Positions 42,392-52,057 of a stretch of 64,000 bases of DNA are shown piece by piece. Both the position numbers and the translations under genes were made by a program. The notes below the pieces were generated by a model that worked only from the letters and a program-made list of their open reading frames with translations, had not been told where the DNA came from and made no database searches. The stretch comes from a virus, in the IMG/VR virus record IMGVR_UViG_3300036800_000031, positions 25,254-89,253 of that record, one strand, 5' to 3'. Within the stretch, counting starts at the first letter, position 1; every line of letters begins with the position of its first letter.

Positions 42392-42571
42392 TCACAGAGA
42401 ATTGACTTCTCGCAGCTTCGACGCCTTTTCCGCAACACTCGCTAGCTCCCTCGGGTCCATCGTTGCCAATATCCGTGGCAGCAGTTTCTTGGTGCAGTAC
42501 CGCACGCCTTGGGCGAATCCTAGAGTGCCCCCTAGCGCCAGCCCGAGGATGATGGCAATGGTGAGGATCAC
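42392..42571 (-). CDS. small membrane protein
   Basis: N-terminal TM helix; GTGA overlap. Confidence 0.55.
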   Translation of the reverse strand: MILTIAIILGLALGGTLGFAQGVRYCTKKLLPRILATMDPRELASVAEKASKLREVNSL

Positions 42572-42858
42572 GGAGTGTCCTTTGGGAAGTGTTTGTAGCC
42601 CCACTTCACGGCGGCGACGTGGTCTCCTTCGTGGCCCTTCAGCTTCAGACAGGGGCGGCTGACTCGGGTCTGCACCATTCCATCCACCGCTACCCCGTAG
42701 AGCACGACGGGGCACGGTACCGCTTCGAGGGGGGCGTGCTTGCGCTGGTGGAACTCGGCGATGACTTCTTGGAACTCCGAGGTCATCGGGGAGAGGACTT
42801 TGTCGTCACGGATGGCCGCTCGGATCTGGTCACACCGCCAACAGGCCGGAGGTCTCAT
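42568..42858 (-). CDS. hypothetical protein
   Basis: Coupled ORF; C..C and C....GHEGDH motifs. Confidence 0.55.
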   Translation of the reverse strand: MRPPACWRCDQIRAAIRDDKVLSPMTSEFQEVIAEFHQRKHAPLEAVPCPVVLYGVAVDGMVQTRVSRPCLKLKGHEGDHVAAVKWGYKHFPKDTP

Positions 42859-43019
42859 CAGCCCTTCCCCCCCGGAACGTGGCGACGACGATGGAGGTCG
42901 GCCACCAACATGCCGATGGCGTCGGGGTCGGCCCGGCGGACTCGGCTGAGGTCGGGGTCGGCGCTGATGGCCTGCATGAGTTCTTCACAGGCCGGGCAGT
43001 CCTTCGAGAGCATTGGCAC
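42858..43019 (-). CDS. small hypothetical protein
   Basis: Hand-read ORF (V)PMLSKDCPACEE... filling the gap. Confidence 0.45.
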   Translation of the reverse strand: MPMLSKDCPACEELMQAISADPDLSRVRRADPDAIGMLVADLHRRRHVPGGKG

Positions 43020-43319
43020 TTAGCTGATCTTCTCCCCGACGATGCCCATGCTCCCCGAGGTGGTGTGGCGGATCACGATAACGACGTCATCCCCGGTCGG
43101 GGTGGGCTTCTTCTTCTTCACCTTCGGCTTGATGGCCTCCGCCAGGACGAAATCCCTCCTCCGGCCGAGCCACTCCACTTGGACCTTGTATTCGTGGTCG
43201 ATGCGCCAGCGGGCCTCATCCGTGGGAAGGGACCGAAGGTGGTCGATCTCGTCCTCCGTCACCGCCAACGACTGGAGCACCATCCGTCGCTCCGCTTCCG
43301 GCGTCAGGTTCTCGATCAT
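43020..43319 (-). CDS. hypothetical protein
   Basis: Coupled ORF. Confidence 0.6.
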   Translation of the reverse strand: MIENLTPEAERRMVLQSLAVTEDEIDHLRSLPTDEARWRIDHEYKVQVEWLGRRRDFVLAEAIKPKVKKKKPTPTGDDVVIVIRHTTSGSMGIVGEKIS

Positions 43320-43615
43320 CAGTAGGGCCGAGGGTCGAGCCAGCTATGAACGAACGCATCCGCTTCGATAAAGGGCACCTCAGCCTTCCGACGGCGGACG
43401 ATGCGGTCGGCGAGGTCGTTAGCGGCGTCGGTGGCGGCTTCCAGGGTGGGGAAGGCCCGCTGGATGTGTGAGTCCTTATGGGAGTCCTGGTCTATCACCA
43501 GGTAGCGCTCGGGGTGATCGAACACGGGCACAGCGGCCTTGTATTCGATGGTGACGATAGGCCGATTCTCCAACTCGGGGTCGTAGATCGTCCAGGTGGT
43601 AGGGGTGAGTTCCAT
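43319..43615 (-). CDS. hypothetical protein
   Basis: Coupled ORF. Confidence 0.6.
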   Translation of the reverse strand: MELTPTTWTIYDPELENRPIVTIEYKAAVPVFDHPERYLVIDQDSHKDSHIQRAFPTLEAATDAANDLADRIVRRRKAEVPFIEADAFVHSWLDPRPY

Positions 43616-43945
43616 GATCAGGCAGCGATTGTGTCAGAAAACGGCACGTCAGCGGGGGACGGGCACTGGTGAACCCAGTTCGGGACGATCTTCACGGTGA
43701 CTTCGCCGTCTATCACCGGGCCGTCGAGTACGCACTCCAGAGTGATCCGCACACCCCTCCCGCAGAGTGGACATAGAACAGTGAAGGGGCTGGGATTCAT
43801 GCTGGCCCCCGACAGGCGTGATTGGCTACGTCGGCATTGACGACCGACCCGTCCGGGAAGTCCACGGCGACCCGGCGGTGTTCGACCTTCATCCCGCAAT
43901 CCGGGCAGATGTCCTCTTGGACCGGGCCGGTGTACCGGGGATAGG

Positions 43946-45490
43946 TCACTGTTGCGCCCCTGGGTCGGTCTCGCGCCCGGCGAAGGTCATGTGGCGGCGC
44001 TTCCGGGTGCGGGCTTCCCAAAAGGCTTGGACTACGGCGTCGGCGGCGTCGGTACTGCGGCGGAGCCGTTTCTTGATGTCGTCCTTGCTCTCGATCTGGA
44101 TGAGGCTCTTGCTGGTCACCTTCCAGTGTGGGGCGGTGAGGTCACCGGTCAGCGTGTCGTCGTCGGGGAGTTCGACGGTGGAGTCGTTCTTCGGGTCGAG
44201 AAGCTGACGGAGCCTCCACCAGGCTGCGGCTCGCACGTTGAGGAAGCCGAGTTCCCCGCTTTCATCCCTGGTGAGCTTGTCTACCCCGGCCCCGGCGTGG
44301 AAGGCCACCACGGTGTGGCCGTTCTCCCGTACCGAGTCGGTCACTCCGGCTCCGAGTCCGTCGGTGTCCACGATGCCCACCGCACTCGGGTGAGCGGTCA
44401 ATACTCCGCCGACTCGCCCGGCCGTCTCGTTGGTCATCTCGTGGAAGCTATACCTCAACTCGTCAATCCGGTCGCCATAGCGCAGCGCCAGTACCGTTTT
44501 GTCCTCTCCAGAGCGGGCTACGTCCACACCTACGGCGCTGAGAAGGGGAAGGTGGGCCGTTCCCGCCTTCAGGGCTTCGGTGGTGTCTTTCCAGCGTTCA
44601 ATAGCGGCCTCCACCCAGGAGAGCGGGATCACGCCGTCTTCTTCCGAGGAGTGGAACTCCCCGAGCACTCGGTTCGCATACAGGGCGGAGGACTTGCCCC
44701 ATTGGCGCTCTCGCTGAGCTACCCAGTCCGGGTCGGCCCGACCGGCGATGGTGGCTCGCTCCAGGCTGATGTGGATGCTGTGCCAGTCTTCGAAGCCGGG
44801 CCGGTGGCTGCACAGTTCCCAAAACCGGCCGATGGGTTCGCCGGGCGTGGAGGAGGCAAGAGCGAACGCTTCCCCCCCACCGCTGAATGCGCCTTCGGCG
44901 GCGTCGAAGGTGCCGGGGTTGATGGCTTTGCTTTCGTCAAACACATAAAGCACGGCGTCGGCGTGGACGCCTTCAATCAGGGCGGGGACGTCGCTGGCGA
45001 CGGCGAAGGCGGAACCGTATTGGAGGTTCAGGTTCAGGCGGAGCAGTTCCCCCCGGTTGAACGGTGGCCTACCCAGTCGCTCCCAGCGGAGCTTCCGTGC
45101 CCACTTGCGGACTTCGGGCCAGAGGTACTGCTCCAGCTGCCTCCAGGCTCCGGCGGTGGTGGCGCACTTCCAATCGACGGCGGCGGCGTCACGGGTGATG
45201 GCGAACCAGAGGATGGCGAGGGCGTCGGTGGTGGTCTTCCCGGCCCCGTGGAGGGACCGCACGACCACCTTCTTCTTGGCCGGGATGCTACTGAGGACTT
45301 CCTCCTGGTACTCGGTGAGGCGCTCCCCGTCTTCCCAGTGGAAACAATCGTGGGCGAAGGCCACCGGGTCGTGGTAGTAGCGGAAGATGTTGGCTTTGGC
45401 GGCGGCGTCACGGCGGGCTTTGGCCTCCAGGTAGAGCGCCACCTTGTCCGGGGAGGCGTCTAGGTGAGTCTCGGTGACAGTTTTGACCAC
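43946..45490 (-). CDS. terminase large subunit
   Basis: Walker A variant SLHGAGKT, Walker B YVFDE, STPG, RVLGEF, nuclease GVDVAR.G.D and STD.ADA. Confidence 0.95.
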   Translation of the reverse strand: MVKTVTETHLDASPDKVALYLEAKARRDAAAKANIFRYYHDPVAFAHDCFHWEDGERLTEYQEEVLSSIPAKKKVVVRSLHGAGKTTTDALAILWFAITRDAAAVDWKCATTAGAWRQLEQYLWPEVRKWARKLRWERLGRPPFNRGELLRLNLNLQYGSAFAVASDVPALIEGVHADAVLYVFDESKAINPGTFDAAEGAFSGGGEAFALASSTPGEPIGRFWELCSHRPGFEDWHSIHISLERATIAGRADPDWVAQRERQWGKSSALYANRVLGEFHSSEEDGVIPLSWVEAAIERWKDTTEALKAGTAHLPLLSAVGVDVARSGEDKTVLALRYGDRIDELRYSFHEMTNETAGRVGGVLTAHPSAVGIVDTDGLGAGVTDSVRENGHTVVAFHAGAGVDKLTRDESGELGFLNVRAAAWWRLRQLLDPKNDSTVELPDDDTLTGDLTAPHWKVTSKSLIQIESKDDIKKRLRRSTDAADAVVQAFWEARTRKRRHMTFAGRETDPGAQQ

Positions 45491-45491
45491 C

Positions 45492-46091
45492 TCAGTCGGA
45501 TTCGGGTTTGTCCAGCGGATCGACCAGTACGGCGTCTACGACGTCATCATCTTCCACTTCGAGAGCTTGACGGGCGGCTTCCAGGTGCTCCGCTTCCCGG
45601 ATCATGTTCTGGATGGCCCGGTCGAGGTCTTCTTCGCTGATGGTCTCTTGCTTGATGCGGATAGGCGCATCGAGACCGAGGAGGCGTGCTCGGCGCTCCA
45701 TGATGGCGAGGCAGCGGTCTACCGCGAGGTGGTTCCCGGCGAGAGCCTTGCTCCACATGGCCCGCTGGAGCCGGTCGAGCCGTTCCCCTTCCAGCTTGCG
45801 CAGGTTCTCGGCCGGTTCCTGAGTCAGGCGGTTCAGCCCCCGCATGATGATCTTGAAGGCTCCGGAGGCGTCATGGACGCCGATGATCTGAGCGATCCTC
45901 TCCAGGGAGACTCCGGCTTGGCGAAGCTCCAAGGCTTGGGCTTCCCGCTGGCGGGCGGCGATGGATTCCGGGCTGGTGACGCTGTTCGGGTGGATACCGG
46001 GCGTCAGCGACTTGCTGCGGCCCCGGCGAGACTTCGGCTTCTCCGGCTCCTCGTCATCAGCGGGATCGGCCAAGGTGGTAGTGACGGTCAC
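45492..46091 (-). CDS. terminase small subunit
   Basis: ALELRQAG.S..RIA HTH; RLD.L, IMERRARLLGLDAP; directly upstream of TerL. Confidence 0.85.
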   Translation of the reverse strand: MTVTTTLADPADDEEPEKPKSRRGRSKSLTPGIHPNSVTSPESIAARQREAQALELRQAGVSLERIAQIIGVHDASGAFKIIMRGLNRLTQEPAENLRKLEGERLDRLQRAMWSKALAGNHLAVDRCLAIMERRARLLGLDAPIRIKQETISEEDLDRAIQNMIREAEHLEAARQALEVEDDDVVDAVLVDPLDKPESD

Positions 46092-46103
46092 CCGTCGCTC
46101 CAG

Positions 46104-46334
46104 CTACATGCGGGGGCGTGAGGGGGTACGGCGGCGCTGGGCGTTGCCAGAAGCGTTGCCGGAACTGCCAGACCGGCGGGCTGCTGGGCGCTGAAACTTG
46201 GTTCTTCCATTACCTGGTTTTGTGTCAAGGACCGTCACAGTAGTCCTCGCTGGGCTTTGCTGGTTGGATCGGGGGGTATCGACGTAGCGTTTGGCCTTGG
46301 AGTCCCAGGTCTGCTGAGTCAGTTCGGCGATCAT
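46104..46334 (-). CDS. small basic hypothetical protein
   Basis: GGAG SD upstream of ATG. Confidence 0.5.
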   Translation of the reverse strand: MIAELTQQTWDSKAKRYVDTPRSNQQSPARTTVTVLDTKPGNGRTKFQRPAARRSGSSGNASGNAQRRRTPSRPRM

Positions 46335-46430
46335 GGTTGAGTTGTCTCCCGCCTACAGAGATTCCTAACTTGTCCCTGGTCAGAGACTTGTGGCTCCAAA
46401 GGGGATGGGCGGTGTGGTACAACATCGGCT

Positions 46431-46769
46431 ATGGCCTAGATACCTGATCCCGTACCCGCCAAGCTGTACGTCGTCGTTGACGAGTCGCTTCCACCGGGTT
46501 TGCAACTTGCTCAGGCTGCTCATGCGGCGTTCCAGCTTTCGGTCAATCACCCCGAAGCCGTGGACCGGTGGCACGCTGAGTCGAACTTCCTCGTGGTGCT
46601 CTCTCACCCTGATCCGTTGTCGCTGAGTGGTGACTTCGTGGTGGAGGTGGTGACCGAGCCGGACCTTCCCGGTGACCCGGTGACGGCGGTGGCCTTCCTG
46701 CCTCATCCAGGGGTGGGCCGGGCTTTGTCTTCCCTGCCCTTGGCGCTCCGGGAGCCGTCTATGTCCTGA
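46431..46769 (+). CDS. Pth2-like peptidyl-tRNA hydrolase with in-frame TAG at codon 3
   Basis: ATG GCC TAG ATA... in frame with KLYVVVDESLPPGLQLAQAAHAA...LVVL...EPDL....TAVA. Confidence 0.75.
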
Positions 46770-46775
46770 CTCCAT

Positions 46776-46843
46776 GCCAGGATGCGGCGATGGGATAGCT
46801 CCTCGGGGCTAAGTCCGAAGGTTCGACTCCTTCCCTGGCACCA
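46776..46843 (+). tRNA. degenerate tRNA-like gene, anticodon undetermined
   Basis: GCCAGG/CCTGGC-ACCA and canonical T arm GAAGG-TTCGACT-CCTTC; no normal D or anticodon loop. Confidence 0.5.
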
Positions 46844-46844
46844 A

Positions 46845-46913
46845 GCCTCAGATGGGATTGACCAGGGCGTCTAAAGTCCACGGTCCACGGTTCGACTCCG
46901 TGCTGAGGCACCA
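46845..46913 (+). tRNA. amber suppressor tRNA(CTA), reduced D arm
   Basis: GCCTCAG/CTGAGGC-ACCA; GGGC-[GT-CTA-AA]-GTCC; canonical T arm. Confidence 0.68.
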
Positions 46914-46914
46914 A

Positions 46915-46987
46915 GCCTTCCTAGCTCAACTGGTAGAGCAGGGCCTTCTAACGGCTCACGATCCGGGTTCGATTCCTGGGGGAGGCG
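46915..46987 (+). tRNA. amber suppressor tRNA(CTA), canonical cloverleaf
   Basis: GCCTTCC-TA-GCTC-AACTGGTA-GAGC-A-GGGCC-[TT-CTA-AC]-GGCTC...TTCGATT...GGGAGGC-G. Confidence 0.88.
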
Positions 46988-47291
46988 CAACGGTGGTGAG
47001 GTGGACCAGGCCGAACGGGGACTGAACGCTCGGGAACGGCGGCTTGGCGCTGGTGGGTGAGTAAGGGCCGCGGTGGATCAACTCCCGGCTTCCGTCGTAC
47101 CGGGCTGGACCCCACCACCGGAAGCATCCTTCAGACGGGCAGGTCCAGATGGAGATGTCCAGGGGTGGGCGGCAGGTGTGCGCCGGGTTCGGAGGGGGCA
47201 TACCGCTCGGCCGGGCTGGAGGGAGCTTGATGACTTCCCCCTCTTTTCTCGGGATGCGTTTGGTGCTCCGGTCCCGGTGAATCTTCATCAT
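46956..47291 (-). CDS. hypothetical protein
   Basis: Coupled ORF; 3' end overlaps the suppressor tRNA antisense. Confidence 0.45.
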   Translation of the reverse strand: MMKIHRDRSTKRIPRKEGEVIKLPPARPSGMPPPNPAHTCRPPLDISIWTCPSEGCFRWWGPARYDGSRELIHRGPYSPTSAKPPFPSVQSPFGLVHLTTVAPPPGIEPGS

Positions 47292-47644
47292 GCCGGTGGC
47301 GGATCAGTTTCCCGGCGGAAGCGGGCGTCGTGGGCGGCTCGCTCCACCCAGCGGATGAACGGGGCATCGTCGGCGATGCGCTCGATTTGGTCGATGAGGT
47401 CGAAGGGGACTTCAACCGGAATCGTGATCCAAGCCCGACCGGCCCCCGAGTCGCCCCAGCAGTTCACCCGACCTTCTCGGTGGAGGCCTCCAAGCTGGTA
47501 GCGGACCTTCTGGTAGGTCCAGGTACCGGCGTAGTTCCCGACCTGGAGATCGTCCACTAGCTCGCTGACTAGAGAGGGGCCGCGCTGGTGAAGCGTCTCC
47601 CACACCCGTTCCTTGCGACGGGTCATCTCGGCTCGGGTGGTCAT
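47288..47644 (-). CDS. winged-helix DNA-binding protein (putative)
   Basis: VWETLHQRGP..VSELVDDL...VRYQLGGLHREGRV pattern. Confidence 0.5.
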   Translation of the reverse strand: MTTRAEMTRRKERVWETLHQRGPSLVSELVDDLQVGNYAGTWTYQKVRYQLGGLHREGRVNCWGDSGAGRAWITIPVEVPFDLIDQIERIADDAPFIRWVERAAHDARFRRETDPPPA

Positions 47645-47924
47645 ATGATCCCCCTGACCTCGGGGTGGGTCTTCAGCCACCACTTCCGGTGCTTGCTCAT
47701 CCAGTGGAGGGTGAGAATGGCCCGGTAGGAGCAGTTCGGATCGGACTTCATCCGGTCCCCGCACTTGGCACACCTGAGCATGGCTGGATGGCGTTCGATG
47801 GTTGGGGTGGGAGGTTGCAATGTCACCTGAGTAGAAGCCGTGTGTTGTGCGTTCTCTGGCCTCCCACCCCGCTGCACATTCGCCATCGTAGGGTCCGACC
47901 CCCCTCTGCTAAGGGGATGGAGCC

Positions 47925-48215
47925 TCACCGGAACTTGTCGGCGAAGGTGCCCGCTGCCCGGCGAGACCTAACCAGCAGGAAGATTCCTACCGCTGCGGCG
48001 GCGACCAGGACGATGATGAGCAGCACCCACACCCAAGCGAGGCTGGACTGGTGGGCGGCGACGAACTGCCCGTTCTGGACCCCGTAGCCGACCGGGTACT
48101 GGTGCCCGTACCAGGGGTCACCGATCAGCCCATAGTTCGGGTAATAGTACGGATCGTTGAACAAGAGCCAATAGGCCTGGAACGCAACGGTAACTGCAGC
48201 TAGCCACAGCGCCAC
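47925..48215 (-). CDS. membrane protein
   Basis: Two hydrophobic helices. Confidence 0.55.
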   Translation of the reverse strand: MALWLAAVTVAFQAYWLLFNDPYYYPNYGLIGDPWYGHQYPVGYGVQNGQFVAAHQSSLAWVWVLLIIVLVAAAAVGIFLLVRSRRAAGTFADKFR

Positions 48216-48535
48216 TCCCCTCGGTCTAGAGCTGACGATGGGACTAGGATCAGCGATCCCCGATTGCCTATGAAATCGACCTCGGTAATGGCCTTGGCGT
48301 AGGCAATGCCGCCCACGTCGGCCAGGTCATCGAAACACCTCAGGCAGATCGAGAGTTGGGAGAGGTGGGGTGGGACAACTGCGCCCCAAATGGCGTCTGC
48401 CACCCTGAAATCAATGTGATCCTGAATCCCGCAGCAATGACAGGATTGCCTTCGTGGATCGAACAGGTCATGGGCGCATGACGGGACGCGCATCGGCGGC
48501 CTCATCGGGCACCACCGCCCACACAACCTTGCCAA
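48200..48535 (-). CDS. hypothetical Cys-rich protein
   Basis: C.CCG...DF.V.D.IW..VVP...ICL.CFD; start uncertain. Confidence 0.55.
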   Translation of the reverse strand: MARLCGRWCPMRPPMRVPSCAHDLFDPRRQSCHCCGIQDHIDFRVADAIWGAVVPPHLSQLSICLRCFDDLADVGGIAYAKAITEVDFIGNRGSLILVPSSALDRGEWRCG

Positions 48536-48791
48536 GGAAGGCCAGCGTAACCCCTCTGCTTATACAGCGAAGGGATAGTTGCCATGAACTCCCGGTAGGC
48601 GTCCAGGGTGCCCTGACGGTTCTTCCTCGCCTGCTCCCAGCGAACCCCGGTGACAATGAACTGAGCGACGGCGAGGGCTGCGTCCACCGGACGGTGCCAG
48701 CCGTGTCCGATAGCCGACCCGTACAAGAAATACAACCCGATGATTCCTTGGGTGTAGGGAGAGCGCCAAAACCGAGAGGACCAGAAGGAAC

Positions 48792-49043
48792 TCATGATTC
48801 CTCGGTCTCCTGCTCGATCATGGCCCGTGCCCCGGCTCGCTTCAACCAGGCCGGATCTTCCCGGTGGCGAGGAACGATGGCTGAGTCCGCCGTCATGGTG
48901 ATGCCGGTGCGGGTGTAGTGAGCGCACCACTCACAGCGGACGGCGTTGGCATTGAGGCGAACGGTCGGCTCGTTGCCGGGATTGAACGTCTCCCAACAGT
49001 CGCCGCAAATGGGATGGTTGGTGCCGTGGTCTTCGGGCATCAT
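48792..49043 (-). CDS. hypothetical protein
   Basis: CxxC pairs; SD AAGGA. Confidence 0.55.
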   Translation of the reverse strand: MMPEDHGTNHPICGDCWETFNPGNEPTVRLNANAVRCEWCAHYTRTGITMTADSAIVPRHREDPAWLKRAGARAMIEQETEES

Positions 49044-49288
49044 GCTGTCCTTTCGTAGAGTCCGAATGTTTCGTTGGTGGTGGCGTTCGGCCCGAACAGG
49101 AGAACTGCATACTGGTCATAAGCGCGGGCAGCCTCAACCTCAGTGACGAAGATTCCCAGGTGGATCTGGAATCCGTTTTTCTTGATCACCGACCGCCAAA
49201 CCTTCTTGCGACCTTGCTCCACGGCGTGACGGCTGAGGCTCACCCCCTTGTACCGGGAGCTACCGCCCCGGAGGTATCGCTCAGTCAT
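49040..49288 (-). CDS. AP2-domain DNA-binding protein
   Basis: SRYKGVS...WRS.I.....HLG.F.TE.EAARAYD. Confidence 0.82.
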   Translation of the reverse strand: MTERYLRGGSSRYKGVSLSRHAVEQGRKKVWRSVIKKNGFQIHLGIFVTEVEAARAYDQYAVLLFGPNATTNETFGLYERTA

Positions 49289-49550
49289 AGGAGACCGGCT
49301 CATACATGTACTTGAAGGCGACCGGGTTGCAGTTGGTGAAGTTGCCATCCACTTCTTTGATCACCCAGTCTCCCGGCATGACGTATCGAGGGTTGGCACT
49401 TGTGTCGATGATGAACAGCGCGTTTCCGAATCCAGCCCCTTCGAGAGGGAACCGGCCCGAGCACCATTTCATGATCGAACAGTCCTCGTCGTAGTCCTGC
49501 CCGGTCTGGCGGGCCTCGATCACGACGGGCCTCTTGCGGTAGAGGGGCAT
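49281..49550 (-). CDS. conserved phage protein (YRKRPVVIEA family)
   Basis: YRKRPVVIEA...PGDWVIK...F...YE. Confidence 0.75.
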   Translation of the reverse strand: MPLYRKRPVVIEARQTGQDYDEDCSIMKWCSGRFPLEGAGFGNALFIIDTSANPRYVMPGDWVIKEVDGNFTNCNPVAFKYMYEPVSYD

Positions 49551-49839
49551 TCAAGTTCCTTTCTAAGCGTGCTGTACGGCCGCAGGAGCGGTTCCAGCGG
49601 GGTTTGCGGGGTATCGGGCCAGAACGGCCTCAGCGGTCATGCTGCAAGGGCCAACTTCAACTCGGGTACCGGCTGAGGTTCGGGGTACGTCTCCCAGCCG
49701 ACGCAGTTACCCCGGTGGCCCCGGTGGAGGAGGCAGGGGGGTAGCCCTTCGACGGGGAGCCGTTGGAACTGGCGGCTCTCGATCCAGGGGAATCGCCCTT
49801 GGCAGAGCCAGAACCGTCGCCATGCGTAGACCAGCTTCA

Positions 49840-50403
49840 TCATCGTTCCTTGCTTTCGTTGTAGAGGGCTATCGGGTGGCCATCCTCCCAGGTGTAGAGG
49901 CTCGGAGCGTGGACTTCCGGCCCCATGCCGCCGGGTCGAGTTGCCCGGTAACCCAAAGCCACGTTCCGGTTGCCGGTGGTGTTCCTGCTTATTTCCCTCT
50001 GCAACTGCGCCAACTGCATGTGCATTTCTACGAAACGCTCGGAGTCGGTCTTCATCTCCTCCAATGCTTCGTCCTGCCACTGGCTGATCGGCATACCGAG
50101 GACTTCAGCTTCCATGCGAGTCACCCTCACCGGGTCGTACCGGTACCAGTTCCAAGTGAGCAGGCGGACGATCCACTCCCAAATATCCACCGTCGCCTTG
50201 GCGATGACCGGGAGAGCGTGCCACAACGTGAAGACGGCGATGATCCCGAGAAGTATGGCGAACACGATCCAGGCAAAATCGGCGGTGAGGTGGGCTTGGT
50301 GAGCGGCGGCTTGGGCCTTCACCTGCTGGGCATGGACAAGGGATTGAGTTTGCTGTAGCAAGGCCGCATATTTCTGCTGGGCCAGCTGCTCAGTAGGTGT
50401 CAC
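49840..50403 (-). CDS. membrane protein
   Basis: TM helix; start inferred from GTGA overlap and AAGGAGG SD. Confidence 0.55.
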   Translation of the reverse strand: MTPTEQLAQQKYAALLQQTQSLVHAQQVKAQAAAHQAHLTADFAWIVFAILLGIIAVFTLWHALPVIAKATVDIWEWIVRLLTWNWYRYDPVRVTRMEAEVLGMPISQWQDEALEEMKTDSERFVEMHMQLAQLQREISRNTTGNRNVALGYRATRPGGMGPEVHAPSLYTWEDGHPIALYNESKER

Positions 50404-50714
50404 CGGGGCCTCCTTTCGAGTGAACGGATGATGCGGAGTTGGCGCTCGGCTTTCCGGCTCAGGCGCTTGACGTCTTTCAGTGTCGGGTCGAGCAAGGTGA
50501 CGATCTGTTTCGTCTTGCTGTCGTAGGCAACCTCGATGGATTGCTCCTTCATCCAAACCCGGTGGACGGAAATCCGGCGGCTTTGGCGCTTGATGAACTT
50601 GGACTTCCCCGCTTGGATGAGGAGAGGGATCGCGTCCACTTCGGCCATGTCGAGGTCGAAGCGTTCGTGCGCTCTCAGCTTGGCGTGGTGGCGCTCGTTC
50701 TCCAGGTGGTTCAT
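50400..50714 (-). CDS. hypothetical protein
   Basis: HAKLRAHERF...VAYD...IVTLL; start at ATGA overlap. Confidence 0.55.
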   Translation of the reverse strand: MNHLENERHHAKLRAHERFDLDMAEVDAIPLLIQAGKSKFIKRQSRRISVHRVWMKEQSIEVAYDSKTKQIVTLLDPTLKDVKRLSRKAERQLRIIRSLERRPR

Positions 50715-51007
50715 GGAACGTAGTCCTGGATATATTCCTTTGCCCGTTCGATCCAGACTTCCGGGTCGGGAAGATCTACCAAGGTGGTCATGTTCCCCCA
50801 GTGAGGAGAGAACGTCCCGTCCTTCCGACACCGCCTGCCCATAGCGGTTAGGAGGGGTCGCTTCCCACCGATTTCCACCACCACCGTGTCCAGGAGGACG
50901 TAGCAGTTGTGGCCGCGAGCCGGGAGAGCCTTCTGCTCGTCGGTACCGAGTCGGAAGGTGATCCGGTATTCGACAGTGGTGATGGTGCCCATCAGTTCGG
51001 TTGTCAT
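50711..51007 (-). CDS. hypothetical protein
   Basis: Coupled ORF. Confidence 0.5.
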   Translation of the reverse strand: MTTELMGTITTVEYRITFRLGTDEQKALPARGHNCYVLLDTVVVEIGGKRPLLTAMGRRCRKDGTFSPHWGNMTTLVDLPDPEVWIERAKEYIQDYVP

Positions 51008-51381
51008 CCCTTTCCTTTCTTGACCTTCTCCAGCCACTCCAAGGTGGCCGGGCTGAGCAGTTCCTCCAACAACATCCCTTCGCCTTCGTCAATCCCTGTA
51101 TCGTCCAGAGCCTCGCAATAGCCATCCGGAGGTTGGAAGCTGATACGGGGGAAGTCAGCGGCCGTAAGCCTGATCTCTCCCGTCTCTCCCGAAGCGAAGG
51201 TGATCGGGCCGGGTTCGATGGGAGCCATGAACACCCTTCGCCCTTCGTTATCCCGGCCTATCTCCGTCCAGGTGCGAGCGACTCGGGCGTAGCTGCCGCC
51301 ACTGACTTCATGCAGATCACCGCGGGTCGGTTCCTGGGCGTGCAGGGAGAGGTAGTAACGGGCGGCTTCCAGGTGAGTCAT
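51004..51381 (-). CDS. hypothetical protein
   Basis: Coupled ORF with GGAGG SD. Confidence 0.5.
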   Translation of the reverse strand: MTHLEAARYYLSLHAQEPTRGDLHEVSGGSYARVARTWTEIGRDNEGRRVFMAPIEPGPITFASGETGEIRLTAADFPRISFQPPDGYCEALDDTGIDEGEGMLLEELLSPATLEWLEKVKKGKG

Positions 51382-51731
51382 CCTTCCCTCCCGTCCGCCT
51401 CGTTCTGAGCCGCAACTGCGTTCCAGACCAGTTCGGCTTCGTCCTTGGTGATCGGAACGGCCCCGTAGTGCCAAGCGCCGGGGCCACCGCTCCAGGGGGG
51501 TAGGGACTCCGGCGGGGTGACCTTCACGATCTTCCCCAAGAGCGCCTTGTAGGCGTCCACCCGTTGGAGTAGGAGTTGGACGGCGCAAGGTGGAGTGTCT
51601 TCCGGGTTATGAACGCCGAAGCGCCCGGTCCCGCACTCGTCGCAAGCCGGACATCCGTGGCTGCCTGTCCCTGGGTGGTCGAGCCGTATCGCTTCGATGT
51701 CGGCGTCGTTCCTGTAGTCCCTTTCATTCAT
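51378..51731 (-). CDS. hypothetical protein
   Basis: Coupled ORF with AGGAG SD. Confidence 0.55.
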   Translation of the reverse strand: MNERDYRNDADIEAIRLDHPGTGSHGCPACDECGTGRFGVHNPEDTPPCAVQLLLQRVDAYKALLGKIVKVTPPESLPPWSGGPGAWHYGAVPITKDEAELVWNAVAAQNEADGREG

Positions 51732-52057
51732 GACGTTTCTCCTCCAGGAGGGTTACCCCCTTCAGCGTGCCAAGTCTCAAACAGGTCTATTTTGCGATCT
51801 GCCTGAGCTATCACCCGTTCCTCGTCTAACCCGTTGTGTCTCATTACGAACGATGCCGCAGCGATGAGGTCACCCAGTTCACTTTCCAGTCGTTCAGCCA
51901 GGTCCGAACCGTCCCAGTGGGCGGTCCCTCCACGGAGAGCGATGAGCTTCCCGCACACCTGGATTACCTCCCCCGCCTCCTCGACCAGCTTCGATATGCC
52001 GGGCCACACCTTCCCTCCGATGGAGAAATCCCCGCTGCCGGTTACACCGTCACTCAC
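51728..52057 (-). CDS. MazG-like nucleotide pyrophosphohydrolase
   Basis: KLVEEAGEVIQ...K...LESELGDL (EExxE/ExxD). Confidence 0.75.
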   Translation of the reverse strand: MSDGVTGSGDFSIGGKVWPGISKLVEEAGEVIQVCGKLIALRGGTAHWDGSDLAERLESELGDLIAAASFVMRHNGLDEERVIAQADRKIDLFETWHAEGGNPPGGETS

